Below are positions 30,865 to 32,000 of a stretch of 32,000 nucleotides of DNA, piece after piece. The stretch is taken from contig CP070673.1 of the NCBI GenBank assembly GCA_020351915.1, positions 4,812,889 through 4,844,888 of the forward strand, given 5' to 3'. The stretch's first letter is position 1. Each line of letters starts with the position of its first letter. The notes beneath the pieces are model-generated. The model was not told the origin of the DNA and did no database searches. It worked only from the letters and a program-made list of their open reading frames with translations. Made by a program: the position numbers and the translations under genes. This stretch comes from Deltaproteobacteria bacterium (GTDB lineage Bacteria > Desulfobacterota > DSM-4660 > Desulfatiglandales > B25-G16).

Positions 30865-32000
30865 ATGAGTGGAAAAACGGATACTAAGAAAGCGATATGC
30901 ATGTGGTGCCACAGTCATTGCCGGGTTTCTGCAGTGATTGAAAACGGCCGGTTAGTGCGTGTTGAAGAGGATAAGGACCATCCGTGGGGCAGTTTATTTA
31001 CCCCCATAACCAAAGGGTGCCTCAGAGCGCGTGCTGCTGCTGAGTGGTTTTATCATCCTGATAGGCTTGGCTACCCACTAAAGAGGGCCGGTGAAAAGGG
31101 AGAAGGCAAGTGGCAGAGGATCTCATGGGAACAGGCGTTAGACGAGATAGCGGAGAACTTGAGACAAATAAAAGACAAGCATGGAGCGGAAGCCATTGGT
31201 AACACCAGTGGTACCGGAAGGACTCATGACGAATACAGGGACCGTTTCTTTCATCTGCTTGGCAGCCCAAACAGTATAGGACAGGGTGAGATTTGCTGGG
31301 GACCTCACATAACGGCTGGCCACACATTCTTCGGCTGGACACCGTTTCCAGTTGTGAGACCAGAAACCAACTGCATCTTAGCCTGGGGTGGTGGTATCCC
31401 AATGTATTTGCCACCTCTATGGCATGCCTCGCGTAAGGCAATGAGAAGAGGGGCAAAGTTCATAGTTGTTGATCCCAGGCGTATAGAGTCAGCAGAGAAG
31501 GCCGATATATGGTTACAGCTCAGACCAGGGACTGATTGTGCCCTAGCTATGGGCATGATAAATGTGATTATAAGTGAGGGGCTTTACGACAAGGAGTTTG
31601 TGGATAAATGGTGCCACGGCTTTGATAAACTGGCAGAAAGGGCACAGGAATATGCCCCGGAAAAGGTAGCCGACATCACTTGGGTTCCGGCGGAAAAGAT
31701 AAAAGAGGCTGCACGAATGTATGCCACCAATAAACCGGCGGGTTCTATTCAGGGAATGGGGGTCGAGCATCTGCCCAACTCTATGGAGGCTCTGCACGCT
31801 AGATTTATCCTCCCGGCGATAACTGGCAACATTGATATAAAAGGCGGTGACTTGCTCGAGGGACCACCTGTGAAAGTGATCACAGCAAAGGAGATAGAGC
31901 TTGCCGAGAAGCTACCCCCGGAACAGAGAAAAAAGGCACTCGGAGCAGATAGGTTTAAACTTATGGCGTGGCCGGGATATGAGCTGCTAGAACCGAATGT
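30865..32000 (+). CDS. Molybdopterin (bis-MGD) oxidoreductase-family catalytic subunit, cytoplasmic type (N-terminal 378 codons; continues beyond the window)
   Basis: Absent from the ORF track because there is no stop in the window. AAAGGAGGG RBS, ATG at 30865. The product reads MSGKTDTKKAICMWCHSHCRVSAVIENGRLVRVEEDKDHPWG...KGC.., a C-x2-C-x3-C...C [4Fe-4S] motif at the extreme N-terminus with no twin-arginine signal. Further family strings are ..ISWEQALDEIAENL.., FIVVDPRR and LQLRPGTDCALAMGM. The frame is open to base 32000. Confidence 0.85.
   Translation, partial: MSGKTDTKKAICMWCHSHCRVSAVIENGRLVRVEEDKDHPWGSLFTPITKGCLRARAAAEWFYHPDRLGYPLKRAGEKGEGKWQRISWEQALDEIAENLRQIKDKHGAEAIGNTSGTGRTHDEYRDRFFHLLGSPNSIGQGEICWGPHITAGHTFFGWTPFPVVRPETNCILAWGGGIPMYLPPLWHASRKAMRRGAKFIVVDPRRIESAEKADIWLQLRPGTDCALAMGMINVIISEGLYDKEFVDKWCHGFDKLAERAQEYAPEKVADITWVPAEKIKEAARMYATNKPAGSIQGMGVEHLPNSMEALHARFILPAITGNIDIKGGDLLEGPPVKVITAKEIELAEKLPPEQRKKALGADRFKLMAWPGYELLEPN

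Noticed and set aside
31022-31797. Minus-strand ORFs (144, 61, 83 and 84 aa) near the right end
   Set aside because: They are antisense to the open plus-strand frame of the bis-MGD enzyme, which carries clear family motifs.
1-32000. CRISPR arrays, tRNA/rRNA genes, Moco riboswitch upstream of the Mo-enzyme genes, and defence-system genes
   Set aside because: I saw no regularly spaced direct repeats, no cloverleaf-like or rRNA-like segments, and no Moco-motif-like conserved stem upstream of 6513, 3036 or 30865. The gaps contain no large unassigned ORFs that could encode defence proteins.

Overview
The window is almost fully coding. It reads as a mosaic, anaerobe-style catabolic island for CoA-activated aromatic or alicyclic acids. 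I recognised no rRNA, tRNA or CRISPR array. From left to right there are five blocks.

(A) Minus strand: a xanthine-dehydrogenase-family Mo-hydroxylase locus. It has two large-subunit paralogs, at 4240-6513 and 1-1634. The second is cut by the window edge and is therefore missing from the ORF track. They surround one FAD subunit and one 2Fe-2S subunit. A 1.2-kb decayed spacer splits the locus and carries a frameshifted, internally deleted OYE/FadH-type reductase pseudogene.

(B) Minus strand: an FMN/FAD/[4Fe-4S] OYE-family reductase (2,4-dienoyl-CoA / 2-naphthoyl-CoA-reductase-like architecture), an AMP-forming CoA ligase, a UbiD-family (de)carboxylase and a ~95-aa trailing ORF.

(C) Plus strand, after a 1.35-kb AT-rich non-coding gap. 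This is the most unusual part. Two diverged copies of a gene pair (an HMG-CoA-synthase-like domain fused to DUF35, then an SCP-x-type thiolase) bracket a 3-hydroxyacyl-CoA dehydrogenase::enoyl-CoA hydratase fusion with the reverse, archaeal-type domain order. By-eye alignment suggests both HMGCS-like domains have lost the Glu/Cys/His catalytic residues, while the partner thiolases keep theirs.

(D) A Liv-type ABC transporter with a divergently oriented binding-protein gene, plus a second FadD-like CoA ligase.

(E) The start of a cytoplasmic bis-MGD molybdo/tungsto-enzyme that runs off the right edge and is also missing from the ORF track.

The block junctions carry mobile-element debris: an IS91-like transposase remnant, a possible IS256-like remnant and a 5' fragment of a group II intron that lacks its reverse-transcriptase ORF. 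The substrate of the pathway cannot be read from the sequence. All functional calls are family-level and rest on motifs I recognised by eye, because I could run no searches.
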